Assembly: GCA_018262855.1 (NCBI GenBank)
Contig: JADFDO010000002.1
Coordinates: 187,107 to 251,106, forward strand
Length of the DNA: 64,000 bases
Direction of reading: 5' to 3'
DNA from: Methanolinea sp.
GTDB taxonomy: Archaea; Halobacteriota; Methanomicrobia; Methanomicrobiales; Methanospirillaceae
Every line of letters starts with the position of its first letter. The stretch's first letter is position 1. Position numbers and translations under genes: made by a program. Under the pieces are notes generated by a model, which had not been told where the DNA came from, made no database searches, and saw only the letters and a list, made by a program, of their open reading frames with translations. Below are positions 46,598-56,863 of the stretch, piece after piece.

Positions 46598-47152
46598 ATG
46601 ATTCCCATCCTGCAGCCAGAGCAGTATCCCGCAATACTTGCGAACGGGCTCCTCATCATCATCATGGTGGGAATCCCAACGGTACTCATCTCCCTTCTCA
46701 TCTTTTTTCTTCTTGAACGGGTCCAGCACCGGTGGGTCCGTCTCGTTCTCCCGGCAGCAGGTGCGGTGCTGATCCTCTCGATCAGTCTTTTCTTGTTCAG
46801 CGGAATTCCCCAATCTCCTGAAGAATACCAGAGAACCTGGGTCCCGATGATGCTGACCAGTTTCCTCCTGAATGCACTGGTGATACTCGCACCATTCCCG
46901 TTCATCCGCCCACATATCAGGAGATATTCCCCTTACCTCGTGATACCTGCAACTCTCGTTGTCACGTTCTTTCTTCTCGTTGGGTTCGGATTGATGGGAG
47001 GGGATGCACAGGTTCCACCGGACACTGAATTCGGGATGATGGCAGGAAAGGTGATCTTTTTTATTGCTGAATTCATCCTTGCCACGCTCGTATATGGGTG
47101 TATTGCAGTGCTGGGAAGGATCATTTCTGACGGAAGCATGAGCAAGGGATGA
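46598..47152 (+). CDS. Hypothetical integral membrane protein (about 5-6 TM, 184 aa)
   Basis: Alternating hydrophobic stretches with no motif recognised. Confidence 0.55.
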   Translation: MIPILQPEQYPAILANGLLIIIMVGIPTVLISLLIFFLLERVQHRWVRLVLPAAGAVLILSISLFLFSGIPQSPEEYQRTWVPMMLTSFLLNALVILAPFPFIRPHIRRYSPYLVIPATLVVTFFLLVGFGLMGGDAQVPPDTEFGMMAGKVIFFIAEFILATLVYGCIAVLGRIISDGSMSKG

Positions 47153-47350
47153 TCGGGGCATCTTCATCGTGCAGGAACCGTGAAAGGGAAAAATATGACA
47201 ACATGATGATCTTCGTCCTGAATTCTTCTCCCCGGTGTCGATGAGTTCGTGATTTTTTCCCCATCCACAAACCACTTATAGAATTCCGTACAAAAGACTG
47301 GTTTAATTCACATCTGTGAATTATCTCATTCGAGAATAGGTGGTATCAGT

Positions 47351-47746
47351 ATGAAGAACACAGTGAAAATACCAATAGCACTGCTCTTCGGTCTTATTGT
47401 GCTGAGCGGTGTTTCTGCCCTTGCAGCAGATACAGAATCACCCCAGGGATCACCTGGTGACCTTTTCAGCCTGGCGCTTGATGTATCACAGGCATCTTCC
47501 TGCCCTCCGGGTCAGGATTGCAGTTCCCCGTCTTATTGTAGTCAGAACCCCGGGAGCCCATCGTGCTCCGGGACAATTACACAAGATACTGGATGCAGTT
47601 CCGGCTCATGTACCAACACCATACGAATTCAGAATAATCCGGCTATCCTTGGTGCAGACTCGTTCAGCGACATGGAAATTTCCGGAGAGAGCAGGTTCCC
47701 ACCAACCGTACACCAGAAGAAATTTGTAGGTCTCTGTTGCTGGTGA
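47351..47746 (+). CDS. Small secreted Cys/Ser/Pro-rich protein (131 aa) ending in CCW
   Basis: Signal peptide IALLFGLIVLSGVSALAAD, then a Cys cluster (SSCPPGQDCSSPSYCSQNPGSPSCSG...GCSSGSC) and the terminal GLCCW. Confidence 0.5.
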   Translation: MKNTVKIPIALLFGLIVLSGVSALAADTESPQGSPGDLFSLALDVSQASSCPPGQDCSSPSYCSQNPGSPSCSGTITQDTGCSSGSCTNTIRIQNNPAILGADSFSDMEISGESRFPPTVHQKKFVGLCCW

Positions 47747-47795
47747 GACTCTTCTTCCACAACCCTTTTTTCATTCTCCCCCTCAACACTCAGGT

Positions 47796-48011
47796 ATGGC
47801 ATTGAGAGATGGGTATACCGAATACCAGCGCCGGGAATACTGCAAGGATGTGAAATGCCCCATCCAGCTGCTCCTGGACAAGGAAGTGGAGAAATCTCCC
47901 AGGTATGAAGAGATCCGGGCGATCTGCGGATCCAACTGCCTGCACACGACCCACGAGTTCCACCACTGGCTGATCCAGAAGGGGTACCTGGTCGTCAAAC
48001 CGAAGGGATAG
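47796..48011 (+). CDS. Small hypothetical protein (71 aa) with 4 Cys and a His cluster
   Basis: YCKDVKCP...AICGSNCLHTTHEFHHW suggests a small metal-binding fold. No family recognised. Confidence 0.4.
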   Translation: MALRDGYTEYQRREYCKDVKCPIQLLLDKEVEKSPRYEEIRAICGSNCLHTTHEFHHWLIQKGYLVVKPKG

Positions 48012-48132
48012 TAATCCCGGTGTTCCAAGGAATTTTCCCGGCGTGTCCATCCCGCGGATCCCTCTTCTCTTGCTCGGGAATCACGAGAGTTTTTTTACGG
48101 TTGTACATCATTACTTCTCGTGAAGTGTCCCC

Positions 48133-48957
48133 ATGGCAAATACGTATCTTGATGTCGGGATCCAGAGCCGGATGAACCGGATCATCAATCCGAAGGACAA
48201 CCGGGTCGTGATGCTCGCGGTCGACCATCCCTATTTCCAGGGGCCGACCACGGGCCTCCGGAACATGAGTGCCACACTCAAAACCCTCCTCCCCTACTGC
48301 GACTGCCTGATGACGACCCGCGGGGCGGTGCGGGCCAATATCGCACCCGAGGATCTCGGGTCAAAGCCGATCATGCTGCGGGTGTCCGGGGGAAACAGCG
48401 TGCTCTTCGAAGAGCTGAGCGATGAGCAGATCACGGTCTCCATGGAGGATGCCATCCGGATGGACGCGGCCGGGGTTGCGGTCAGCGTGTTCATCGGCGC
48501 TGCCAACCAGCAGCAGACGATCCTGAACCTGACCGACATGATCAATGCCGCCGAAGAGTACGGGATCCCCGTGCTTGCCGTCACCGCGGTTGGGAAGAAC
48601 ATGGCCCGGGACCTGCGGTATCTGGGCCTTGCATCCCGCATCTGCCAGGATGCCGGGGCCAGGATCGTGAAGACCTATTACTGCGAGGAGTTCTCGAAAC
48701 TGGTCGACTGGGTCGCTCCGACCGCGGTCGTGGTTGCTGGAGGGAAGTATTCGAGCCCGCCCGAGGCGCTCCTGATGGCCTACGACTCGATCCAGGCAGG
48801 TGCTGTCGGGGTTGATTTCGGCCGGAACATCTTCCAGGACGAGAATCCGGTCGGGATGATCAAGGCAATCGGCTCGATCGTCCATGGGAATCACACCGTC
48901 AAGGAAGCCCTTGATATCTACAAGGCCTGCATGCCCGGTGCGAAAAAGCTCGAATAA
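48133..48957 (+). CDS. DhnA/FbaB-family class I aldolase (LsrF / ADH-synthase-like)
   Basis: VMLAVDHPYFQGP, ARIVKTYY (Schiff-base Lys context), VVVAGG, GVDFGRNIFQDENPVGMIKAIGSIVHGN. Close to the pattern I recall for LsrF-type thiolase/aldolases. Confidence 0.8.
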   Translation: MANTYLDVGIQSRMNRIINPKDNRVVMLAVDHPYFQGPTTGLRNMSATLKTLLPYCDCLMTTRGAVRANIAPEDLGSKPIMLRVSGGNSVLFEELSDEQITVSMEDAIRMDAAGVAVSVFIGAANQQQTILNLTDMINAAEEYGIPVLAVTAVGKNMARDLRYLGLASRICQDAGARIVKTYYCEEFSKLVDWVAPTAVVVAGGKYSSPPEALLMAYDSIQAGAVGVDFGRNIFQDENPVGMIKAIGSIVHGNHTVKEALDIYKACMPGAKKLE

Positions 48958-49026
48958 CCCGGGGATATCCTTCGAGTACTCAAGATTTCGGATTGATGGG
49001 AACAAGACAAAACCCGTGTGCATACA

Positions 49027-49503
49027 ATGAAGAGTCTTGTAATCGTGTGTTCTTACCATCACCATAATACAGAGAAAATTGCAGAGGTTATCGCACACGT
49101 CCTGGATGCTCCGGTAAAAACCCCGGATGAAGTGATTCCTGAAGAGATTTCTGAGTATGGACTGGTGGGATTTGGTTCAGGGATCTATCACGGACGACAT
49201 CATGAGTCCCTGCTCTCTCTTGCCGACAGACTGCCAAAGGTGAGTTCCGGCACTGCGTTCTTGTTCTCAACCGCAGCCATTACAGGAGATGCAAAGATTG
49301 CGAAAGATCATTCTCGTCTCAGGGAAAAATTGCTCTCCAAAGGGTATTCGATTGCTGGGGAATTTGGCTGCAAGGGATACAACACGAATAGTTTTCTGAA
49401 ATACCTTGGCGGAATGAACAAAGGCAGACCAGATGCAGACGACCTTCACAGGGCTGAAGAGTTTGCCCGGAGCCTGAAGAAGGAGTATCTGACTGAGCAA
49501 TAG
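49027..49503 (+). CDS. Flavodoxin-family protein
   Basis: MKSLVIVCSYHHHNTEKIAEVIA...LVGFGSGIYHGRHH, a short-chain flavodoxin-like layout. ATG 49027 is preferred over GTG 49018. Confidence 0.7.
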   Translation: MKSLVIVCSYHHHNTEKIAEVIAHVLDAPVKTPDEVIPEEISEYGLVGFGSGIYHGRHHESLLSLADRLPKVSSGTAFLFSTAAITGDAKIAKDHSRLREKLLSKGYSIAGEFGCKGYNTNSFLKYLGGMNKGRPDADDLHRAEEFARSLKKEYLTEQ

Positions 49504-49559
49504 TCTCCTGGTGAGGAAATAGAGAGAGAGTGTGATATGTCATCGTTACGGGGAACCGC

Positions 49560-50612
49560 ATGAAAGCCGCAGTCTATTATTCGAACAGTGACATCCGCGT
49601 TGAAGAGGTCGACGATATCGCCGTCGGGCCGGGCGAGATCAAGGTCAGGGTCATGGCATGCGGGGTGTGCGGGTCGGATGTCATGGAGTGGTACCGGATC
49701 AAGCGTGCGGGACGACCCGGGGGTATCGGGGCATTCGGGCACGAGTGCACGGGAGTCATCGATGAGGTCGGCTCCGGGGTTAATCCGAAATGGAAGGTGG
49801 GCGACCGGGTCGTCGTGACCCATCATGTCCCCTGCACTACCTGCAATGCGTGTCTTCGCGGGCATGCAACCGCGTGTGAAACCCTGCACACCACCAAATT
49901 CAAGAATGCCTACGGGGCATTCGCAGAGTACATTGTGTTGCCGAAAATCAACGTGGACCGCGGATGCCTGCACCTTCCTGAATCGGTCTCGTTTGATGCA
50001 GGGACCTTTGTCGAACCCCTCGGGTGCGTGGTCCGCGGGCAGCGGTTCGCGCCGACTTCGGATGGCCGGTCGGTCCTGATCATTGGAGCCGGGATCACGG
50101 GACTCCTGCATCTCAAGGCAGCCCGCCTGAATGGTGCAGGATTCATTGCCGTCTCCAACCCGAGCCCCGAACGGCTGGAGATCGCCCGGAAATTCGGTGC
50201 CGATGCGACCATTTCCGCCACGGAGGATGTTCCGGCAAGGTTCAAAGAATTAAACGGCGGAACGGGTGCAGATACCGTGATCATGACCGCACCGGTTCCC
50301 GTCTGCGTGAAGCAGTCGCTCGACGCGGTCGGACCAGGGGGTACGGTCCTGTTCTTTGCCCCCACGAATCCCGAGATCCAGTCCGGGATCAATCTCTGGA
50401 ACCTCTGGCAGAAGGAGGTCACGATCACCCATTCCTACGCGGCCGACCTCCATGATCTCACCACGGCACTTACATGGATCCAGTATCACAGGATTGATGT
50501 GACCGATATGATCACACACGTGTTTCCCCTGCGAGAGACGGTTGGAGGCTTTCAGATCACTGCCCGGCACCGGGATGGGAGCCTGAAGGCGATCGTACAC
50601 CCGCAGGAATAG
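49560..50612 (+). CDS. Zinc-dependent medium-chain alcohol/polyol dehydrogenase
   Basis: VMACGVCGSDV, GHECTGVIDEVG (catalytic Zn ligands), CTTCNACLRGHATAC (structural Zn), GAGITGLL (NAD fold). Confidence 0.9.
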   Translation: MKAAVYYSNSDIRVEEVDDIAVGPGEIKVRVMACGVCGSDVMEWYRIKRAGRPGGIGAFGHECTGVIDEVGSGVNPKWKVGDRVVVTHHVPCTTCNACLRGHATACETLHTTKFKNAYGAFAEYIVLPKINVDRGCLHLPESVSFDAGTFVEPLGCVVRGQRFAPTSDGRSVLIIGAGITGLLHLKAARLNGAGFIAVSNPSPERLEIARKFGADATISATEDVPARFKELNGGTGADTVIMTAPVPVCVKQSLDAVGPGGTVLFFAPTNPEIQSGINLWNLWQKEVTITHSYAADLHDLTTALTWIQYHRIDVTDMITHVFPLRETVGGFQITARHRDGSLKAIVHPQE

Positions 50613-50620
50613 TTTTTTTT
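50613..50620 (+). terminator. Oligo-T (T8) immediately after the dehydrogenase stop
   Basis: T8 run at 50613-50620. Confidence 0.4.
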
Positions 50621-50756
50621 CAACTCTGAACATCACCGCAACGCGAAGTCCTATCTACTATGGACGACCGTCAAGGAGGGAGTGAAATGAAGGGAGTGAT
50701 ACTTTCACCCTCCGCATGGCAGCTGCCCTTACTCACTGAAAATCCTCAGACTGATC

Positions 50757-50969
50757 ATGCCATCCAGTATTCGTGTGAAGTGCCACCGGTGCGGGTATGA
50801 GTGGACCTACATGGGGAATCTGGTGGAGATGGTCTACCGGGATCCTGCACCGAAGAGACCGGTCCGGATCGGATGCCGCCATTGCCGTGCCGCGATTCGC
50901 CTGGACAAAATAGTGAAATCCCCGCATGAACCCGACACTATGAATGACGCTGGCCGGTCTCATTCATGA
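50757..50969 (+). CDS. Small zinc-ribbon protein (70 aa)
   Basis: Two CxxC pairs (KCHRCGYEW ... GCRHCRAAI). Confidence 0.45.
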   Translation: MPSSIRVKCHRCGYEWTYMGNLVEMVYRDPAPKRPVRIGCRHCRAAIRLDKIVKSPHEPDTMNDAGRSHS

Positions 50970-51016
50970 GAATTTATCACAGAAGATTAATAATCATAGA
51001 AGAATAGTACCCCTTC

Positions 51017-51262
51017 ATGTCGAAAATCCGGACATTCTTCATCATCGGGATAGTCTTCCTTCTCTTCACCGGAGTGCTTGCGATCCTTGGAGTGGTGACG
51101 GGAAATTCCAGCCTGGTGGCCCTGTCTGAACTATTCGTGATCATCAGCATGGTCTTCATGCTCTGGGGATACGTGGTGACCCTGGAAAGTATCAACGAGC
51201 ATGTTTCAGAGAATGTGGAACTGATGAAAGTCCTTATCAATACCATAGAGAAGGGAAAGTGA
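51017..51262 (+). CDS. Small membrane protein (81 aa, 2 TM)
   Basis: FFIIGIVFLLFTGVLAILGVV and LFVIISMVFMLWGYVV hydrophobic helices. Confidence 0.45.
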   Translation: MSKIRTFFIIGIVFLLFTGVLAILGVVTGNSSLVALSELFVIISMVFMLWGYVVTLESINEHVSENVELMKVLINTIEKGK

Positions 51263-51463
51263 TTATTCCCGTCCAATCATTCTTTTTGTCGAAACCGCAG
51301 CAGGCCATGGTGAACAGGACCCCGCCGCCCCTCAGGGTTTGCCAGGTCGGGCAGGATTGATCCTCTGACAGCGTGAGGAATTTGATCTTCTGAATTCTAA
51401 TACAAAATTTTATCTATTTTTTTGTATTACAATATATAATAACAAAGAATTTGTCCAGGAATC

Positions 51464-52774
51464 ATGACAGCCAAAGATGCAATCCTCCTTCAAAAAAGGG
51501 AGATTGAACTGAGGATGCAGGAACGGTATATCCCGCGGAACGCAACATTGCCGGGACAGGAGAACAAGCTCATCCACGTGATTATCGGACCCCGGCGGGC
51601 TGGGAAATCTTTTTTCGCCATCCACTCACTGGCGGAGGAGGGACTTTTCGGGTATGTGAACTTTGATGATGAAGCGCTGATGGGGGAACATACCGTATCG
51701 GAGATTGTTCCGGCGATTGAATCGGTGTACGGTAAGGCATCGACGCTTCTGCTCGATGAGATCCAGAATCTCCCCGGATGGGAACTCTTTGTCAACCGGT
51801 TATCCCGGCAGGGATTTCATCTCTATATCACCGGGAGTAACGCCCACTTGCTCAGCAAAGACCTTGCAACTCATCTTACCGGCCGCCATACCCTGACGAC
51901 AATCCTCCCTTTTTCATATCGCGAGGTTCTCCGGCTGGAAGGAGGGAAGTATACGGAGAGCGAGTACAAGGAGCATCTTGACCGGTATTCGGAGACAGGG
52001 GGCTTTCCCGAACCTCTGGTGACTGAAATCAACCGGAAAGAGTATCTGGCCAGGCTCTTTGATGCTGTCATTTTCAAGGATATCATCAGGAGATACAATA
52101 TCAGGGCGCACCAGGGACTTTCTGATCTTGCTGCGTACCTCTGTTCCCACACTGCAACCGAGTATTCGGTCCACCGGTTGACCACCGTGACCGGGGTCAG
52201 GAGCGATCTCACCGTCAGGAAATATTTGAACTATCTCGAAGAAGCTTTCCTCTTCTTCTCAATTCCTCGGTTCTCGTATAAGGTCAGGGAGCAGGTGTCG
52301 TCGCACAGGAAGATCTATTGCATCGACAATGGCTTCATCACCGCAAAGGGATTTTTCCATTCCGCACACAGGGGAAGGCTCTACGAAAACCTTGTCGCAA
52401 TTGCGTTACAACACCATGCACTGTTGGGGGAAATTTCATTGTTTTACTGGAAAAATGCCGCGGACGAGGAGGTTGATTTCGTCATCCGGGAAGGGAGGCA
52501 GACAGAGCAGCTCATCCAGGTTTGTGTGGATGCAAAGAACCGGGAAACCCGGGAGAGAGAGATGAAAGCACTTCTCAAAGCAGGGAGGGACCTGCACTGC
52601 GACAGGCTTCTGCTGCTCACGAGAGACGAGGAAGGGGAGGAGGAGTTCACGTGGTTCGGCATGCAGGGAGTCATTCGACTCATTCCTCTCTGGAAATGGC
52701 TTCTCTCTCTGCCGGAAAATGCCGGTCATCCTTCGGGTGATAGTGCCGCTGTCACCACAAGCGGCGATATATGA
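51464..52774 (+). CDS. AAA-family ATPase with DUF4143-type C-terminal domain
   Basis: Walker A GPRRAGKSFF, Walker B LLLDEIQ. Overall layout of the archaeal AAA_14/DUF4143 ATP-binding proteins (YWKNAADEEVDFVI nuclease-like end). Confidence 0.8.
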   Translation: MTAKDAILLQKREIELRMQERYIPRNATLPGQENKLIHVIIGPRRAGKSFFAIHSLAEEGLFGYVNFDDEALMGEHTVSEIVPAIESVYGKASTLLLDEIQNLPGWELFVNRLSRQGFHLYITGSNAHLLSKDLATHLTGRHTLTTILPFSYREVLRLEGGKYTESEYKEHLDRYSETGGFPEPLVTEINRKEYLARLFDAVIFKDIIRRYNIRAHQGLSDLAAYLCSHTATEYSVHRLTTVTGVRSDLTVRKYLNYLEEAFLFFSIPRFSYKVREQVSSHRKIYCIDNGFITAKGFFHSAHRGRLYENLVAIALQHHALLGEISLFYWKNAADEEVDFVIREGRQTEQLIQVCVDAKNRETREREMKALLKAGRDLHCDRLLLLTRDEEGEEEFTWFGMQGVIRLIPLWKWLLSLPENAGHPSGDSAAVTTSGDI

Positions 52775-52846
52775 ATGATCCATATCCAACCACCCACATT
52801 TCAGCAGGATTAAGACCAATTGGTAAGAAAAGTTGAGGCTGATCCT

Positions 52847-53323
52847 ATGCAAAAATCCTACGTACTTCTCCTGGCAGGCATCCTCTGCCTCCTGCTGATC
52901 GCGACCGGCTGTACGAATACCTCTCCTGCCCCCGCGGCAACCACGGTTCCCACGACCGCAACCCCGGTTGCGACAACCCCCCCGGCCCCGTCATGGGCCG
53001 GGACCTGGAACACTACCTGGCTCAATACTGATGGCAACCTGACTGTCTCCGTCGTCACCATGACTGTGGCCGGTCAGGAAGTCTCCGGGAACTACAGTTA
53101 CACCTATCCAGATGAAGGCCCCTTCACCGGGCACCTGAACGGGACCGCAAAGGGACAGACCCTGGCCGGGATGTATTCCGAGAGCGACGATGATGTCGGG
53201 TATATCATCTTTGCACTCTCCGCGAACGGGAACTCGTTTACCGGCCGGTGGGTCCACGCCGAGAACAAAACCGAGCTTGACAATTCCACGCTCTTCTGGA
53301 ACGGCGTCCGGATGGCTCCCTGA
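52847..53323 (+). CDS. Hypothetical lipobox-type secreted protein (158 aa)
   Basis: MQKSYVLLLAGILCLLLIATGC signal followed by a Thr/Pro/Ala-rich linker. Confidence 0.55.
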   Translation: MQKSYVLLLAGILCLLLIATGCTNTSPAPAATTVPTTATPVATTPPAPSWAGTWNTTWLNTDGNLTVSVVTMTVAGQEVSGNYSYTYPDEGPFTGHLNGTAKGQTLAGMYSESDDDVGYIIFALSANGNSFTGRWVHAENKTELDNSTLFWNGVRMAP

Positions 53324-53509
53324 AGGTAAAACATTACGATTTTTTTCTTTTTCTCTTCCAGGGTAATTCAGGGATGGTCATGAAGAATCCATATCGTAGA
53401 AAATTGCTGTCATCCATCAGGTAGAAGTCGCGCTATTAATTAAGGAAAGGCACATTCCGGGATACCGATTCTGCTATTTTTTTATTACGACGAGGTATAT
53501 TCTAAATCC

Positions 53510-54361
53510 ATGAAGTATTTTTCACTCTTCGTCGTTTTTCTTCTCTTCACCATCCTCGCATGCGGATGCACAGAGAATTCTCCGCCTCTCGCACCGGAAC
53601 CTGTGCCTGACATTACGCAACCTGTAGCACCAGTGGAGAACACAACCCCAACACTTCAACAAAAGACCCTCCTGGATCCCTTCGCGGGGACATGGGAGTG
53701 TAAAAGCTACCTTGCAAGCGGCCCTCTCAGGAAAGTCTATACATTCATGGAAAACGGTAGCTGGACAAGAACAAATACCAACCTTGACTCCATGGTACAG
53801 GCCTTTTCCCATGGGACCTGGAAGAAGGAGAGCGAGGGGAATTATGTCATCCACTCGTCTGTCAGCGGTGGCACGGCCAGTTTCGAGTATGATAAAGGAA
53901 AAGATACACTGTATGAACCGCATTTCAAGGAGACTTTCCATCGTGTATCAGAGGAGTATCTTCTCAAGATCCGCATCCCGACTCTCGCAATTTCCGTCAC
54001 CTCTTCCCAACAGTCTTCGAAGATCCAGGGGATGACCCCCAATCCAGGGAAAGTGTTCCTTGTCGTCAATCTCTCGATCGAGAATACCAATGAACCAGGC
54101 GGATTTTCCTTTGAGAATAGGAATATCCAGGCGGTCTGCGATGAGACCACTGCAGGTGGAGCTATCACCCAGAAGTTGGCAGACCGCATTGAGAATCCAC
54201 TCTCTCCAGGAAACCTTGCACTTGGGGAGGTCGTGGAAGGAAACGTCGTCCTTGGGATTCCTGAAGGCACCGTGGTATCCAGGATACGAATTGTCAATAA
54301 TGAGGGAGACACGGTGTCAAATATCGTTGAGCTCCAGAATGTACCACGCGTTGAGCTATGA
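53510..54361 (+). CDS. Lipobox-type secreted protein with a C-terminal DUF4352-like Ig-fold domain
   Basis: MKYFSLFVVFLLFTILACGC signal. GKVFLVVNLSIENTNEPGGFSF...NPLSPGNLALGEVVEGNVVLGIPEG resembles the DUF4352 pattern. Confidence 0.65.
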   Translation: MKYFSLFVVFLLFTILACGCTENSPPLAPEPVPDITQPVAPVENTTPTLQQKTLLDPFAGTWECKSYLASGPLRKVYTFMENGSWTRTNTNLDSMVQAFSHGTWKKESEGNYVIHSSVSGGTASFEYDKGKDTLYEPHFKETFHRVSEEYLLKIRIPTLAISVTSSQQSSKIQGMTPNPGKVFLVVNLSIENTNEPGGFSFENRNIQAVCDETTAGGAITQKLADRIENPLSPGNLALGEVVEGNVVLGIPEGTVVSRIRIVNNEGDTVSNIVELQNVPRVEL

Positions 54362-54367
54362 GAGAAC

Positions 54368-54374
54368 CTTTTTT
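54368..54374 (+). terminator. Oligo-T (T7) after 53510..54361
   Basis: T7 run at 54368-54374. Confidence 0.35.
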
Positions 54375-54679
54375 TCTGTCTGCTCAGTGATGTGAACTCT
54401 ACAGTTTTCTCCCTTTTTTCGGGAAGACATATCTTTTGTCACCAAGACCCCTGGTTCTTCACGCTCGTTTATGGTGTGAGCCGTTTCCCCTGGACGAAAG
54501 GGCGGGAGTGATGAACCGGAAGTATTCATGCGTGAGCTGTTCTTGGGAAAATCCTCCGCTTCGATTACGAGTTTCCACTTCGGTTCGAGGGAGAGGATCC
54601 CTATGGAACCCGTCGAGGCCGGGGACTGGTTGTTTCACCAGGAGGTTTCGGCAGCCTGCGAGACCTGGGTTGCCACTGT

Positions 54680-55543
54680 TCAGATCTCCCGCCGGCGCCA
54701 GGCCTCGATCAGCGCCCGCGAGATACTCGTCCTCGAGGGAGTGGGCGGCAGGTGGTCGCGGGAGAACCAGCCGGCCTCTTCGATCTCCCTGGGATCAATC
54801 CGGAGTGCTCCGCCTGCATAGTCCGCGACAAAGCCGATCATGAGGGAGTCGGGAAATGGCCAGGGCTCGCTCCCGAAATACCGGATGTTTTTCACCGCGA
54901 TGCCGACCTCTTCGCCAACTTCGCGGTGGACGGTCTGCTCGAGGTTCTCCCCGGGTTCGTTGAAACCGGCGAGGATCGAATAGACCCCTGGCGTGAAGCG
55001 TGGGGACCTTGCGAGCAGGACCTCCTCGCCCCTTTTCACGAGCACGATGATCGCAGGGGAGATTCTTGGGTAGATGGTGCGAGTGCAGGCCGTGCAGATC
55101 CGTGCCCGCTCTGTCGTCGACGGGCGGGTATTCGCCCCACACCTCCCGCAGAAGGTATTCGAGCGGTCGAAGTCGAGGATCCGTACTGCATAGGCGGCAT
55201 ATGCCATGTCCCGGTCCGGTACAACCTCGTGCAGGTCCCTGACAGGCGACATCTTCCAGCCGTCCGGGAGCGTGGCACCGGCAGGAATCTCGGCTGCATA
55301 GTAGGAAAGGTCGCCGTCGGTGCCGAGGTATACCGGTGCACCGGATGTAAGACCTGCAGCGAGCAGGTCTCCCATGACCACGGTGCCGGGTGCCGGGTCG
55401 GCCCGGAAGGCCACGGTACTTCCCTGGACCAGGATCCAGCGTGTCCGTGCAGGCGACAGGCCCTCCGGCTCCGGGAAGACCGGGTGGAGAGGGCGAACCG
55501 CGTAGAACGGGTGGTGCTCCATACCAGATCCTTTGGGTGGCAT
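54680..55543 (-). CDS. nudC: NAD(H) diphosphatase (Nudix, NudC type)
   Basis: Zinc ribbon FCGRCGANT...ICTACTRTIYPRISPAIIVLV and Nudix box GFNEPGENLEQTVHREVGEEVGI. ATG 55522 is an alternative start. Confidence 0.9.
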   Translation of the reverse strand: MPPKGSGMEHHPFYAVRPLHPVFPEPEGLSPARTRWILVQGSTVAFRADPAPGTVVMGDLLAAGLTSGAPVYLGTDGDLSYYAAEIPAGATLPDGWKMSPVRDLHEVVPDRDMAYAAYAVRILDFDRSNTFCGRCGANTRPSTTERARICTACTRTIYPRISPAIIVLVKRGEEVLLARSPRFTPGVYSILAGFNEPGENLEQTVHREVGEEVGIAVKNIRYFGSEPWPFPDSLMIGFVADYAGGALRIDPREIEEAGWFSRDHLPPTPSRTSISRALIEAWRRREI

Positions 55544-55616
55544 CCATGGAAGTTCTGCCGGTTGCCGGGAAAACCAGATCGAACGGTATAATTCGGATCA
55601 GAGTAACAGCCCTTGC

Positions 55617-56831
55617 ATGAAACTCATCGCGGTGCTTCTCACCCTCTGCATCCTTACAGGATGTGCTGCAGCACTCTCCCTGCCGGCCGTATCGTCCCAG
55701 TACACTCCGGCCCGCCCGGACCTAATGTACGTCTCCTCGTTCGAAGGAGGCCACAGGCTCCAGGCGGGTGACTACCCGGTGATCGTCCTCTCCGGGACCT
55801 ACCGGCAGATGGGCCGGCAGTATGGCGGCCTTATGAAGGCCGAGCTGAACGAGGAATACCGGTTCATCTCCTCAGCCTATGTGAAACGCGGGTATTCGAA
55901 CGAACAGCTGCGAGCCGACGGGAGGGAGGCGTCAGTGCTGTACCCAAAAAGGCTGAAGGAGGTCTTTTCCGGGATGGCAGAGACCTCGGGTCTGACCCAG
56001 GATGAAGTGATGGCACTCTACAACGGGCTCGTCATTTATCTCATGGTCCCGCCGGCCGATGCTTCCTGCTCCTACCTCTCTGCCTGGGGCAACTACACGA
56101 CGGACGGCTCTGTCATCGCCTCCCGCAATTGGGACCTGGACGATGTCGCCCTTCCCTTCAACAGGTGGAACGTCCTTGTCGTGTACCGGCCCTCGGACGG
56201 CAGTAATGGCGTTGCGACCTTCGGGCCTGCGGGGGTGCGTCCAGAGACCGCCATGAACAGCAAGGGGCTCTTCATTGCCGATGATTTCGCGGGCTTCATC
56301 GAGTCCGCACCGGATACCCGCCCGGACTATGTCGCGGAATTCTTCCGGTTCATGCTCGACTACTCCACGCTTGCGGAACTGGATGTCGGCCTCCGGGGGG
56401 CGGCGACGAATGTGGGCTGGATCATCAACGTGGCCGGGCCTGACGGTGCCTTCGTGTACGAAGTGACACCCAACCAGACCCGCCAGAGGACCGGCGACGG
56501 CGTGGTTGCGGCCGCCAATCACTTCGTGGACCCTGCCTGGAACCTGCCCCCACCCGCGGAGCACTCGCTATCCCGCTACGAGGGGCTGCTCCGGGAGGCT
56601 GACGAGGCGAAGGGATCGATCGATGCCCGCCGGATGATGCAGATCCGGGATGTCCGGTGGGAGGATGGCGGGGCCACGTTCGTGCACTCGGTTCTCGCTC
56701 CCGATCATCCCGAGGAACTCTACTCCACCATCCACCAGGTGGTGTTCCTGCCGGATTCCCGGACGGTCTGGATCAAGGACCCGGACAGCGACTGGCAGAA
56801 GGTAGAGCTCGGGATGTTGTTTGGGGCGTGA
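55617..56831 (+). CDS. Ntn-hydrolase, peptidase C45 / acyl-CoA:6-APA acyltransferase-like, lipobox-type signal
   Basis: MKLIAVLLTLCILTGC signal. PADASCSYLSAWGNYTTDGSVIASRNWDL (nucleophile Cys context and RNWD) and ANHF are typical of C45-family proteins. Confidence 0.7.
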   Translation: MKLIAVLLTLCILTGCAAALSLPAVSSQYTPARPDLMYVSSFEGGHRLQAGDYPVIVLSGTYRQMGRQYGGLMKAELNEEYRFISSAYVKRGYSNEQLRADGREASVLYPKRLKEVFSGMAETSGLTQDEVMALYNGLVIYLMVPPADASCSYLSAWGNYTTDGSVIASRNWDLDDVALPFNRWNVLVVYRPSDGSNGVATFGPAGVRPETAMNSKGLFIADDFAGFIESAPDTRPDYVAEFFRFMLDYSTLAELDVGLRGAATNVGWIINVAGPDGAFVYEVTPNQTRQRTGDGVVAAANHFVDPAWNLPPPAEHSLSRYEGLLREADEAKGSIDARRMMQIRDVRWEDGGATFVHSVLAPDHPEELYSTIHQVVFLPDSRTVWIKDPDSDWQKVELGMLFGA

Positions 56832-56852
56832 GCGGAAGGGATGGGGATCGGC
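56632..56852 (+). repeat. Direct repeat copy 1 (3' end of the C45-like gene plus 21 nt after the stop), partner at 58522..58742
   Basis: About 90% identity by eye over about 220 nt. Confidence 0.8.
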
Positions 56853-56863
56853 CCTGGATACCC

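Noticed and set aside
54362-54679. Possible small minus-strand genes (57-59 codons) between the DUF4352 gene and nudC
   Set aside because: Below a supportable length, with no motifs or RBS, and the composition is not protein-like.
54752-55591. ORFs 54752..55591 (+) and 54795..55547 (-) overlapping nudC
   Set aside because: Alternative-frame and antisense ORFs with biased composition. The 54680..55543 frame has the zinc ribbon and the Nudix box.
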